Positions 1 to 12,250 of a stretch of 64,000 nt of DNA are shown here, piece after piece; positions within the stretch are counted from its first letter, which is position 1; each line of letters starts with the position of its first letter. Origin of the DNA: Camelus ferus (taxonomy: Eukaryota); the NCBI RefSeq assembly GCF_009834535.1, contig NC_045697.1:14882001-14946000 (forward strand), read 5' to 3'. Made by a program: the position numbers and the translations under genes. The notes beneath the pieces were generated by a model. It was not told the origin of the DNA and did not search any database. It was given only the letters and a program-made list of their open reading frames with translations.

Positions 1-1469
1 TGCTATGGCTCATTTTTTGCATATGTAAGAATGCACCTAGCACAAAAAAGATCCTTTATAAACATTTGTTGAATGACAAAGTAACTTAGTAGTGCTAATT
101 TAGGAGAGACAAAAGTTTAGTGATTAATTTCTAACATGTTTCCTTAACTGTTTCCCACATCACTCTTCAAAGCACCCCTTCCCATCCTTGCACTCCATGT
201 CCACATCACACTGTTCCATCTAATGGATTTTTTTTTTTAATTTCACAGAGTTTCTGATATCAGAGGTGATGTGTTTTCACTAAAATTCACAGACAAAAAC
301 CATGCTACTGGCTTTGCACTTCATTTAAATGTGCAGCATTCTATATTTGAGCCATGTGATTTAGGAGATTTTTTTTTTTTTTTTAATTCAGTGGTTCCTT
401 GCTTTGCAAAGGCCGGATGGAATACAGGTAAAGAAAGGGATGTGTAAAAGCACTTTTACCTTTTTCATCACTAAAGGGACAGGTCTCTACATTTGGACTC
501 TTTAATCTATCTATAATAGATACAGTAAAATATTGAAGAGAATTTCCTTTCTTTTTTTCAGGACCATCTCACAACACTCCTGCCAAATTTAAGATTTCTA
601 AAATCTAAGAGAGAGGAAAACTTAAGCATTAAAAAATAGAACTTTAGGATATTCTAGAGTTTTCCATTTCTCTCTTATTGTATCACTATTAATTAGTAAG
701 CATTAATTAACTGTCTTCCAGATAGGATACCCAGGGCCGTATGCTGGGAGGTACAGACCTGGGTAGTACAGATTCTGCCCCCAAAAGTACGCAGGGTATT
801 TTAGTTTATTGATATTTTTCTAACCACTTTTTATAAATACCCCGCCCCTCATAACAAAATTTTTCATTTTGTTTTGTTGGCAAAACACAAAGAAGAAGAA
901 ATTTATTCAGGTTAGATGAGAGAGATGCAAAATTAAAACATAAAGGGATAGGTACTGGAGACATATATATTTTCTATAAAATCCAAACTATTTTTTAAAG
1001 AAACATTTTAATTAAGCATTTAAATTCTTTTCTTCCCCCTCCTTTGCTCAAGGTGCTTTATATCAAGTTACATCCTCAGTACCTTTCACATCCATCATTA
1101 CCTTTCTATTCTTATAAATGCAGTCTAATTCAATCTGAGGGCAAGACCAACTGTTTTTGTGCAGGGTGTAGGGTTTTCCCAAACTGGAGTTGAAATTTCC
1201 AATGCATGACTAAGAAAATGTTCTGCTTAGTACAAGCTAGACCAAGAAAAGTGGACCTTAATACAGGGACTTTAGGCTAGGAAATGGTATGTCCAGGAGG
1301 AAATCTTAGGTAAAGATATAATATATTTCCCTGGAACAGTCACACTTGGTATTTATGGGTCAGGCAGTGTTAGGCACGTGGGATTAAATCCCGTAAAAAT
1401 TCAATTTTAGGATTTTCATTTTCAAACCATTATTTCCAACCTTCAGTAAAGTATTATTTAATGGCTTTG

Positions 1470-1740
1470 GAAAAAACTGAGATAAAATTGGCAGGTAACA
1501 CTGTATTAGCTTTCAATGTACAACATAATGATTTGATATATGGGTACACTGCAAAATGATTACCACAATAAATTTAGTTAACATCCATCCCCACGTATAG
1601 TTAGAAAAAAAGGTTTTTTTGTGATGAGAACTTTTAAGATCTCTCTTTGCTACTTTCAAATATATCACACAGTATTAGGTGCCTCATTAGCGCAGTAGGT
1701 AGCGCGTCAGTCTCATATATAACACAGTATTGTTAACGTC
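1470..1740 (-). mobile_element. Old LINE-1 3' end fragment (L1MA9-like, laurasiatherian) hosting the tRNA-half insertion
   Basis: Resembles the antisense L1 3' UTR: gtacaacataatgatttgatata...gattaccacaataaatttagttaacatcc...gtgatgagaacttttaagatct. Confidence 0.7.
1681..1717 (+). pseudogene. Retrocopy of the 5' half of elongator tRNA-Met(CAT) (tailless retropseudogene)
   Basis: GCCTCATTAGCGCAGTAGGTAGCGCGTCAGTCTCATA matches nt 1-37 of vertebrate tRNA-Met-CAT (GCCTCGTTAGCGCAGTAGGTAGCGCGTCAGTCTCATA...) with one CpG-type G>A change. It stops in the anticodon loop and is flanked by direct repeats atatat(c/a)acacagtatt at 1660-1676 and 1715-1731. Confidence 0.9.
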
Positions 1741-3949
1741 TTTTTAAATGGCGTGGGCAATTAGGAAAGGAATAGTACGTATGCTTGGGGAAGGCCAGTG
1801 AAGCAAAGTGCAGCCTTCACTGCAGTGTGCCTCCTCTGTGGTCAGCTCAGAAGCAGAAGTAGTAGTCCAGTGGTGAGTCCAGTAGTCAGTATTTCCTGGG
1901 GATTCTCTGCAGGGCAAGAGGCTTAGTCTTTAGCTGGGGCCTAGGCTTTGAATAGGGGTAACTCCAAGTGTAGTCTGACTGAGGAGCAATGGTTCTCAAA
2001 CCTGAGCCTTATAACAATCACCTGTAGGCTCAATGAAATAAAGATGCTCAGAAATCCCGAGGCACATGGCTGGGGGAATGAGGAACTAGAGGAAGATGGA
2101 CTCACTAGGCGTGGGTAGGAGCTAAGTCACACCATTATATGGGTAAGAACCAGGTAGGGCCGAAACAGAAAAGGACTTTCAAAAAGAGTTAGCCCGTCTT
2201 TTTTTTCAAAGTTCCTTAGGAAACTTACTGCCAGACACTAACCATAGCAATATGAATTCTCCTTCTAAGATAAGCATAAAGGAAACTAAGGTATGGGAAA
2301 TAATTGATTGCTGTCTTCATTTTCAGGGAAAATTGGATAACATGTTTGAGTAGTGAGGGATATGGTAACCTAAAGGGAGGAATAGATGCTAGGAAGTGTC
2401 TGAGTGGGCAAAGGATGGCAAGTAAAGCAATTATTACAAGCAAAGGGCCCTCTCTATTATTTTCTCATGCTGTTACTTCTGAATCAGAGAAGGGCACTGT
2501 ATTGCCATTTTTAAAGTAGACACACTGACAGGGTCCAATTTTATTTGTATGCATTCCTTTTTAAATATTAATATCCTGTTTGCCAGCAACACAATTGTCC
2601 AGTAGGAACATTAGGCCACTATGACTGACAGGAGGCCACAATGAGAGACATGAAAGTTTACTGAAATAAGAGAAAAGTAGATACTCTTTCATCAGGAGAA
2701 TTCATGTAACTTATGCTTACTTTGGTCAGCATTAAAATCAGCCTGAAGCCTCAAAAAACACTGTAGCTGACATGAGAAGATGAACTATGCTTAGAGCTGA
2801 GGGGAAGCTATTGGGGAATCCACAGTATTTTTTAGACAACTTACAGGTGGGATATCTAGTGAAATAATTCAAATTGACAACATCTAAGTGTCATTTAAGG
2901 TAGTATGCCTATTGGCTAACTGGCCAAGATAAAAGGTGGTACCCCATGTTAGAAATAGTGAGAATTAAGGTATACGTTTTCTAGTATGAATTTAAACTCA
3001 GCTAAACCTCTAAAATGAGGGAAGTAGACCAATCATCTCTAAAATCCCTTTTTTAAGTTCTGGTCATTTATAATTCTCCAAGTTTTTTTTTTTCTTAACC
3101 CACAAACTGGAAAGCAAAATATTTAAAAAACCCATATCTCTTATTTGAGCATTCATTCTTATCAAAGCAATGTTTCTAACTTGCCTTCCAATCCAGCTAC
3201 CTCCAAAGTAACGTTAATTAAGCCTTTTCATTTTTGATCTTTCCTTCATTCAACCCAAAATGCACTCAGCACCCATCCTTTTTCAGTCACTGTGAGGGTT
3301 AAGAAAGGAACTTCTATTTCAACAAGTTTTCAACTGACAAAATCACCATTCTTGACAGGCCTGAAACACTTCGGTATCACTGACAAACCTAAAACAGTAT
3401 CTTGCACATAATATGTTCTCAGTGAGACTTGGTAGAGTTAATTTTTTCCTCCTTTTTCTGCTTTTCTCTTTTCTTCTCTTCTGTCAGGCTTGCTTTTTTA
3501 TTTAGTACAATTTATTTCCCTATTGATATATCTTTTATCCTAATGAACCGAGGTAAAAATAACTCTACAGTAGCCTATTCTTGCATCACATTATACACTA
3601 ACTAGCATTTATTTTAATGGCTTGCACAAATATTTCAAAATGGTAAAGGCTCTTATGAATAGCTTTTCTTCAAAGGGAAGGTAACAGAAGAGCTTGAGAG
3701 GGGAAAGGTTATCAGTAACATTCTGACAATGGAAGAGATCAGCACACTATGAGGGAGGTTGTGCAATTACCTTCAGGGAAGCTTGCCATATGCCCATTAT
3801 CAACATAGTGCAATGATGTTACAGAGAGTGAAGAAGCATCAATTAAATCAATTTACTCCAGATTCATTCTATGGGTAATAACTCAAAGGTAATTTTCTGA
3901 ATATCTCTCAAGTAGATGTCAGCATCACTTAACCATCATTTACAAAAGG

Positions 3950-4155
3950 TATACTACGTGCCAGATATTTTTCTTTAACCTCAAAATGGCCTGTGAGGGT
4001 TAAACTACAGATGAAACCAGAAGGCTAACAGGTGAAAATCTGAGGCTCAGAGAGGCTCAGTAATTTACCCAAGGTCACATAGGCAGTTAAGTGGCTGACC
4101 TAGGATTTGAAACCTTAGACTGAGTAAATCTAGCTCTTTATACTCCACTATACCG
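3950..4155 (-). mobile_element. MIR SINE
   Basis: gaaaatctgaggctcagagaggctcagtaatttacccaaggtcacat...ggatttgaaacc: antisense MIR core. Confidence 0.75.
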
Positions 4156-7100
4156 CTTCTAAATTGGATCATGAAATACAAGTGGGGCCAAAGATAAAAA
4201 TAGTCACACTATTCCAAATAGATTCAAAGACCTTCAAAAGAAAGGCACTGATTTAAGATATTATTTACAGAAGAAATTCAAACAAAGCATCAAAGCGAAG
4301 TTAAAAAATGGAATGGAATGTGCTTCTGGTTTGCACTTCTTACAAGAACAACCTCATTAGATATGAGGAAATATGATGGATGAGGTGGATTGTTGTTAAC
4401 TCACCACGAGCATATCTTTAATAAAACATAATGAGTTAATGAAGAACTGAGGAAAAGGATCAAGATACCCAATAAATTCAAAGAAAAGAAGGGTAGGGAA
4501 TACAGAACTGTGTGTAAGAAAATGCAATAGAATATCAAAGAGAATTATGAAAAATTCAGGAGAAAGTGAAGTCTGCAGCACAAAAGATCTATATAAATAA
4601 ATGAAAGAAAGATCTAGCTCAGAACATTACAATCACAAAAAAGTGAAACCAGGAACAAATAATAAATACAAAAGGACACAGATGAAATACTGATCCTTAC
4701 AACCCCATAGTACCAACCACCATCCTCTGGTTTGCTTTGACTTTGACTTTTCCCAGACTAAAGGTTATTAATGTACATATACTATATAACAACACTGAAA
4801 TGAATTCATAAGGTGTCAGTAAATGATACTCAGACCTGTATGAATTCAGAACCAGCCCTCAAAGGTTATTTTGTTATAGATTGTGCTGTATGTATCTCAG
4901 GTAACATCCAGATAAGAGTGATACATTCCCAGAGAGGTATGAAACCAGAATTAGTACTAAGATGGTACAGAACAAAAATGTTCAAGAAAATATAGGGTGC
5001 TGATTCAACTAGGGATCATATCTCAAGATAGATTAATGTTGTGGATGAGCATATCGTCATTCGATTAAAATGATTAAAAACTGAACTATAAGCTGCTAGG
5101 ACAGATTAGTGCCCACAAACCACTATTTCTCAGATGGAATAAGAAACACAAATAGGAAAACTTATAGATCCAAAAAAAAAAAGTAACTAATATTTGAAGT
5201 CTTCATTATAATGTTTGGTATGGTGCACCCAAAATCACAATGAGTAGTCATTAAATAAAAGGTTATTTTATTTTAGGTGCTGGACACACACATGAACAAA
5301 TACTCTGTACTGCCACATTGTTCTCATAAACTCATTAGGGAACAGAGATATAAGAATATTCACAATTCATTCAAAGCAGTATAATGGAAGTATGTACATA
5401 CAATCTTATAGGAACACAGAGATCTGAAGGCAAGGAGGGTGTCCTCAATTTCTACTGGAGAAAAACTACCTTAAGAAGGCAGGTGAGTTATGCCAGGTGA
5501 GACTGCGTAACTCTACGCAAAGTCAGAAAGAGTCTAGGTTCAAACTGCTCAATGAATAATCACAGTCATTTCTCCCAAGAGCCAGCAGAAGTTTCCAATA
5601 AAACTTAGTCTTAGTTGCTTCTCATTCTTTGGCCATAAGAAATCACCTCAATTTAGCAAAGCATAATGGTACCTGCAAAGCACTGAAATCAGAATTGATT
5701 CCACATATATTGATTTTGCGTGAATATATGCAAAGCGAATGTGTAACAGAAGTGATGCTGTTTAACAGCTCTAAAGAGTGCATCTATTCCTAAGTACAAA
5801 ACGGAGAGATAAAATCGTATTCAGTCTTCACGATCACTGTTCAAATTAGTCATTTGGGAAAAAACCCAGGACTAATGGTGAAGCTACTGATTTTTCTGCA
5901 TTCTGGTAACAAACACAGCTCCAAAAATGGAAAATGAAAAGTAAGAGATGAAGTCCCCAGAGAAAAAAATTTAGAAAAGCAAATGGATGTGTAATCAATA
6001 GCTTCATCAATGTGTACCAGCAACCTTGGTAAAAGCAAAAAAAAAAAAAAAAAAAGAAGCCCCAAGAACCAAAGCAAATGCGTTTAAAGGTGGCATATGA
6101 CAAACAGAAGGTTACATGGACCGGGTCAAATAATTGAACCATAGTCATAATCAGGCTGACTTGTTCTTTTATTAGTATAATTTTCAACCCATTTCCAGAA
6201 CTGATGTCTCTCAACCCAAGCTGATATTCAGGTCTAAATTCCAGAGCAAATCTACAAAGAAGGCAGAAAAATCTCTAGATCAATATAGCTAAAAGGTTCA
6301 GCAATCTCTAAGTTTTGTGTGTTAGATTAATTTACTGATCACAATTCTTCATTCTCTTGTAAAAAAATTGTATGTCCATATTATTGTCTGAGAGTGGGCA
6401 GAGAATAATTCACTGTGTGAAGCCATGTAATTTGCTTTGGCCAATTGGATATTAGAAGACCTGATGCAAGCTGAAGACTGTACATATATAATTAAGCTTT
6501 CCTGCTGATTTAATGATCTGCCATGAGAAAAACATTCTTTAAAAACTGCTGCCTTTTCAGCCTGAGCTTCAGAACAAAACTTCACGCAACAGCCTTTAAC
6601 CAAGGCTAACTGACCTACAGCATGAAGCAGAGATATAGTTGAGTCCATAACCAGATTAATGCTCCACTACACCCAATTTTCTTTCTAATTTGAGTCCCTT
6701 TGGTTGGATTTTTGCTATAGACTGTCACACTTTTGTTATTCTGCCTAACTGAAACCCATGGTCCACCTGCTTTTATATATAAATATCATCATATGCTTGA
6801 TATAAGATGTAAGATAAATAAACGGTAATAATCCATACCACCAATTATTAAGAAACAGTTATAGGCCAGGCACATTTGAAAACATATTTCAGTTACTTCT
6901 TTAAAATTAAAAAAAAATTGCAAAGCAAATTTTATAATTGCCATTTTCTGAGTTAAATTCTTTCATTCTTTATCATGTCTATATTCTGAAGGCCTTCGGC
7001 TCAGGAGAGGAACCTGCTCAAGATACCCTGGACCGTTAATACTAGAACCATGATCCAAACTCAACTGTTGCTTTTTAGGCTGTTCCATGTCACATATTTA

Positions 7101-7449
7101 AAATGGAAGAATCACGAGGCTTTGAAGTAATAAGATAGATGTCCCTGTTATGATTGAATAGTTTCCAAGAGATAAAAATTGTCTCCTGTGTAGACCTGCA
7201 AATACTGATAAAATGTCTTTGGCTCGTCTGAAAGATAATAAGTACCATGGCATTTGGCAAGTATGGTCAGAGAAGTGAGGATGGGTTGGATAAAGTGATA
7301 CAATTTTCATAAAGAAGTAACATTATTCATTGCAGCCATTCTAAGAAAGATTAATGGTGAAGTTTAGTGTCTGGATATTTTCCAGCTGGGAGACTGTCTT
7401 GATTCTGTTCTTAAGGGACAGACCAGCGTAAGTCTGAACATAAGAGATC

Positions 7450-7650
7450 AGTGCTTGGGCTCTGGAACTATATAAAACTGAGTTCACATTCTGAGTCTAA
7501 CTTTTTCTGGCTTGATGAAGTTAACTTACAGTCCTGAAACCTCAGTTTTCTCATCCATAAAACAGGGCCAACAGTAATAACTACTTCATAGAGTTATTGA
7601 GGGAATTAAATGAAAATTGTCTTATAAAATAATTTAACACTATATCCAGA
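7450..7650 (+). mobile_element. MIR SINE
   Basis: cctcagttttctcatccataaaacaggg...actacttcatagagttattgagggaattaaatga: MIR core and 3' part. Confidence 0.75.
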
Positions 7651-8039
7651 TACATATATTGTGGTCGCCTGAAAAGCGATGTACTGAACTTCTACAAAAT
7701 CACTGAGAATGGCAATTACTCTTTTCTAACGCAGAAGGGACTTTTGTAAGGGAAGAGAAAGGCAGGGAGACGTGCACATAGAAAGGGAGGAGGAAAAGGA
7801 AAGTGCAAGAAATTTAAACCGTTTGGTCGCTGGTGTAGAGAAATGTAAACCAGGGCATGATGGAGAGCATCTGGACAAGCAAATATACACACGATGGGGC
7901 ACAGAGGACAAGTCTTTGAAGGGTATGATTATGGATTACATTTCTCATAAGAACCAAATGCCAGTATAGTCAGTGGGACCAGGAAACGCCATTGTTGAGA
8001 GGTGAACAGAAGCGATTTAAAATGCAGCTGCTTTCACTT

Positions 8040-8270
8040 TGTACTAGTGAGATTAATCCATGTTTTGAGCTGCTGTTTTCACCTCTTCCTTGTTTATCGG
8101 GTTTGAGACTAATTGGGCTTGATTGGAATCGTGGGAAGCCACTAATTAAAATGATTAACAATATCAATAACAGCAAAGGGGATAGAAAAGGAAGCCTCTT
8201 ATTTTTAATGGGCTGAACACTGATTCTTGCTGGCTGAATGAATAGAAGTTAATTGAAGAGTGACACTGGA
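8040..8270. promoter_or_regulatory. Candidate developmental enhancer (RBPJ, SOX and homeodomain motif cluster)
   Basis: Repeat-free block with TAATCC (8054), TAATTG (8110), ATTGG (8122), CGTGGGAA (8130-8137), TAATTA (8143) and AACAAT (8157) within about 110 bp. Conservation not tested. Confidence 0.4.
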
Positions 8271-9209
8271 TAGCAAATTTCTAAAATGTCTATTTTCACG
8301 CTCTTAATAAAGGGCACAGTTTCTAGATGCTAGGAGCTGTATCAAAATCACAAATGCGGACAGGATTTTTTTTCCCCACTAGCTGAATTAAAACCAAATT
8401 CTAACCTCAATTGTTTGCAGGCACCTTGTTATGGAGAATGTCTTCTACTAAATGCTGTGCTTCACACTTGTAATATTTCAGCTTGGTCATTGACCTTTAA
8501 GTTATTCTAATCTGCTTCTATTTACAAATGCAATTTCTACAAATAGATTTTGACTAGAACAGATTTTAGATGTAATAGCAAGAAAAATCCAGGCTCAAGA
8601 GAGAAGGGAAAGGCGCACCCCTCGAGCATCTCCTTACTACTATGTCTTGACAATGCTGGGTGGTTTATTTCTAGAACACAAGTGCAGCCATTTGGATAGT
8701 ACATTTTTCACACTCCTCTAGCTCAAAGGGTTTCGTTGTTTCATTCCTGACATCCAAACCCAGTCTTCCAAGGCATAGGTGAACTCAATGTCATGAAAAT
8801 CATAGGGAGCTACATTTGGATTGTTTTGCTAGCCGCTGAGGATGAGCCATACACAGTCAGCACCTGAGATACACCTGGTCCTTTCCCTCCTTCCTACTAA
8901 TAGTTAATCCAGAAGGGACTATGAATGAAGGCACTGGAATACTTTATAAAATATTACTTATACTCCAGAAACCTGAGGCGGTTCCTCTCAACACCCCTAT
9001 ATTTGCTTTCATATTTACATTTTTTGCGGGCAGGGACTGCATTTCCAATTGTGACTTATTTAACTTTTGATTTATTTGTCTTTCCTTGGTTTAATGATAA
9101 TTAACACTTGCACAGAACACCTTGCTTCCAAAATGCATTCCCAAACCACTGCCTATTTCCTTCTTATCCCGTCTCCTTGATTAAGAAAAGGCAATAGAAT
9201 GGAATCGCC

Positions 9210-9430
9210 TAGGGCACAGGATCTGGAAATCTAAGAACTAAGCTCAGAGACATCCCTGCACTTTTGGGACAAGTTATCAAACATACCTATGCCTTATTTC
9301 CATACCTATAAAATGGGAGAAAAAAACATATATATCATATACCTAGTGGGATTGCCATGAAGATTTAAAAACTAATTCTTGTAAAAGTGCTTAGAACACT
9401 GCTCAGCCCAGAACAATTACCTGATAAAGT
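9210..9430 (+). mobile_element. MIR SINE
   Basis: ttgggacaagttat...ctataaaatgggaga...acctagtgggattgccatgaagatt...aaagtgcttagaacactgct. Confidence 0.65.
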
Positions 9431-10523
9431 GTTGCCTGGTTTACTGTCCAGATAACTGTTACTACTCTGTGAGTTCTTTTAGGGCTCGGCAGCAGATCAC
9501 ACTTGCGTTTGGATCCTCAGTACCCAGCACAGCGCCTGGAGCATAGCAGGTGCTTAACAAAGAACTGTGCCACCGTTTTACAAACTGACAAGTTACTTCT
9601 AAGAGGACAAGTAACGGTGGCCTTCAATCCTTCTGGTGGAGTCAGGACAGGAAACCAAATTTCCAATTTAAGTGCAATGATCTTCCTAACTTAGCTCTGT
9701 GCCCCCATAAGTCACTTACTTTGTCTCATCCCCTGCACATATTAGAGTGCTAGGCAATGGGGATGCTCACTCATTACCTGCTGGATGGAATTTTCTCTTT
9801 GGGTTCTATTTTCTTGTGTTTGAAAATAAAGCAGAGGATAACAGGCAGTTTTACCATGTCTCACTCACAGCACTGTTTCTCAGGCCATTCTGTTGTTTTT
9901 TTTTTCCCCTTCATATATCTGTATTCCTTTGGCACAACTGTTTTCAAGAACAAAGACAAAAAAATTTAAAACAAAACATACTTTCTTCAAACAAAATCTT
10001 TTTACAGAAACCAAATTAGACAAGTAAAACACAGTTCTGGGGTATCTCCAGGGAATTCAAAAGCAAGAATTCTGGAACCTTGGACTTAACCAGGCAGCTG
10101 CTCCTCCTCCCAGTTTCCCACTCCTTTCTTCTCCTAAGCCCCAGAGGCAGTTTTCCTGAACCTTTAGGATTTGAGGGAACACCATCTAAACCAGCTGCCT
10201 TGGGCCCAGAAATTCTGGATGCCCCAGCTCCTGTTAACCTAACTTCCTTCCATGTGTTACAGAACTGTTTCCAGTTTGCAAAGAGGGTAAATTGAAATAT
10301 ATAAATGAGGTATTGTGGATCTTCCAGAGTGGCTTAACAATACTCAGTGATAGGGTTGCTAAGCGAGATAGTAAAGAAACCCTAACTCCTCTGTAACAAA
10401 AAGGGCTGATAAAGCTTTCATTACTTTCAATCTTCTTTAAATTAAAGCTGCTGTGGCTAACGTGATTAGTCAACATGAAGTCAATAGACTTTAAGCTTTT
10501 ATGTCTTTTTATTTTACAAATGG

Positions 10524-10524
<1 letters not shown>

Positions 10525-10560
<36 letters not shown>
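10525..10560. repeat. (TG)18 microsatellite
   Basis: Perfect TG dinucleotide run. Confidence 0.97.
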
Positions 10561-10561
<1 letters not shown>

Positions 10562-11749
10562 TTGGTTAGTGGTCTGAAGGAGAGCACTAATTAAATTTTT
10601 ATGCTCTTGTTATTTTAGTTCATACTTGTTAATGCTGTTCTCTGGCAATAGATTTCTTGAGTCTTTTTATGATGATGAAACATTCTGTTCTTGGAATTAT
10701 TAGACAGTACTCCCTACCTGATATTTTCAAAGCCTGTGTTCACCTAAAAGCAAAGCTTCTCAATCTTACACATCTGTTTAGGCTTCCAATTGCAGACGAC
10801 CTGCCAATTACAGGTTACACACACCTCAAAGCTTAAATGAGGCCCAGGAGGGAGACATAGGCCGTTTTGGTATTGGCGAAGGTAACACTTCTTTTCTAGA
10901 GCTAAAGTTCTCTAAGTATTCTGAACGTAATTTTATACAATTTGCTGTTGTTTAATAAATATATATAAAGCTAGACAGCTTTATGCAGTGTGTTGCATAG
11001 AGATATCTGGTCTTTTTTTAAACTTCAGTCAAGGTAGAATTTTTGTCATTTCTATAAAATGTTTACCATAAGAAATACACATAGTAATAATTTATTTCTG
11101 TGCAAAAATATGATTCAAATATGTCTTTTAGTAGGCCTTTTTTTCCCCCTAGAGTGACTAGTAAATGTGAGTAAGCTGGTCTATGTACAAATGAGTTACC
11201 AATACCATATATTAAAAAATCAGGGGATTTTCATAAAGGACTTCAATGGTTATATGAAAAAATAGAAAGGGAATTATAAACTATTAGTGAAACATCATAA
11301 AGTAGATATTTAAACTAATGTGGACGTGTAAATAAACTCAAATTGAAGTTTATTTACATAATAATTTTATCAATTATAGATATTTCACGTTTCTGCTAAT
11401 TTAAATATGCATTTGAGGTTATAACTTAGAGAACATTGTTTTTTGAAACCTGAACAAAAATATGGCTTCAGGAGAATTCCAGAGATACAGCCAAGTTATG
11501 TTAAATATTAGAAATAATCAAAAAGAGGAGAAAGGAACCAAAAAGAGGGAAGTCTGCACCCTGACCTGACCTAGACCTTCTGGTGCTCGCTCCACATATG
11601 TCGGGGAGTATGTGACTATTTGAAGGCCATGTTCATGCATATTCCTGGATATCTGCATTAGGAAATCCCTTCCTAACTTCCAGTGGAATCTTGAACAGAA
11701 TTAATCTAGAAACTCTGGGAATGGGAACTCTTTCATATAACTCCCTTAC

Positions 11750-12250
11750 TGTTGCAGGCCAGGCTGGCTGGCTAATTAAGCGATGCTCATTCCCAATCTC
11801 TCTCCCTCACCTGCCTCCACTAGAAAGACTGTAAAAACCACATCTTCCCAGAGTCCCTTGTATGTTGGAATGGTCATGTGATACAGTCCAGCCAATGGGA
11901 TGTAAAGACAAGTCTGCCAGCCTGCTGGCAAAGTTAGTGCTTTCTGATAAATGGGACTGCCATGCTCAGAGCTGACACTGCCCTTCTCCCTTCTTCTTGC
12001 CTTGAGCATGGATGTTATGCCTGGAACTGAGGCAGCTGCCTTGTGAGCATGAATGAAAGACAAGTCACAAGAGATATCAAATCACAGCACAACATGGTTG
12101 ATCCACAAAACCAAAATAAGTAATTACTTCCAAACTTCTTGGTATGTGAGGAATTTAAGCTGCACTTGTTTAAGGCAGAATTGGGGAGAGGGGGTTGTCT
12201 TGTTTTGATTTTTGGTTTTTGGGTTACAGAGGAAACATATATCTAATAGA
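11750..12250 (+). mobile_element. MaLR solo LTR (MLT1I/J-like)
   Basis: cccagagtcccttg...ggtcatgtgatacagtccagccaatgggatgtaa...ggatgttatgcctggaactgaggcagctgccttgtgagcatga...acttcttggtatgtgag are typical old MLT1 motifs. Confidence 0.7.

Noticed and set aside
1681..1755. Functional tRNA-Met gene
   Set aside because: Only the 5' 37 nt are present; there is no T arm/B box or 3' acceptor strand.
5846..6214. 122-aa hydrophobic ORF on the minus strand
   Set aside because: The Phe run comes from a poly-T tract; no recognisable protein family.
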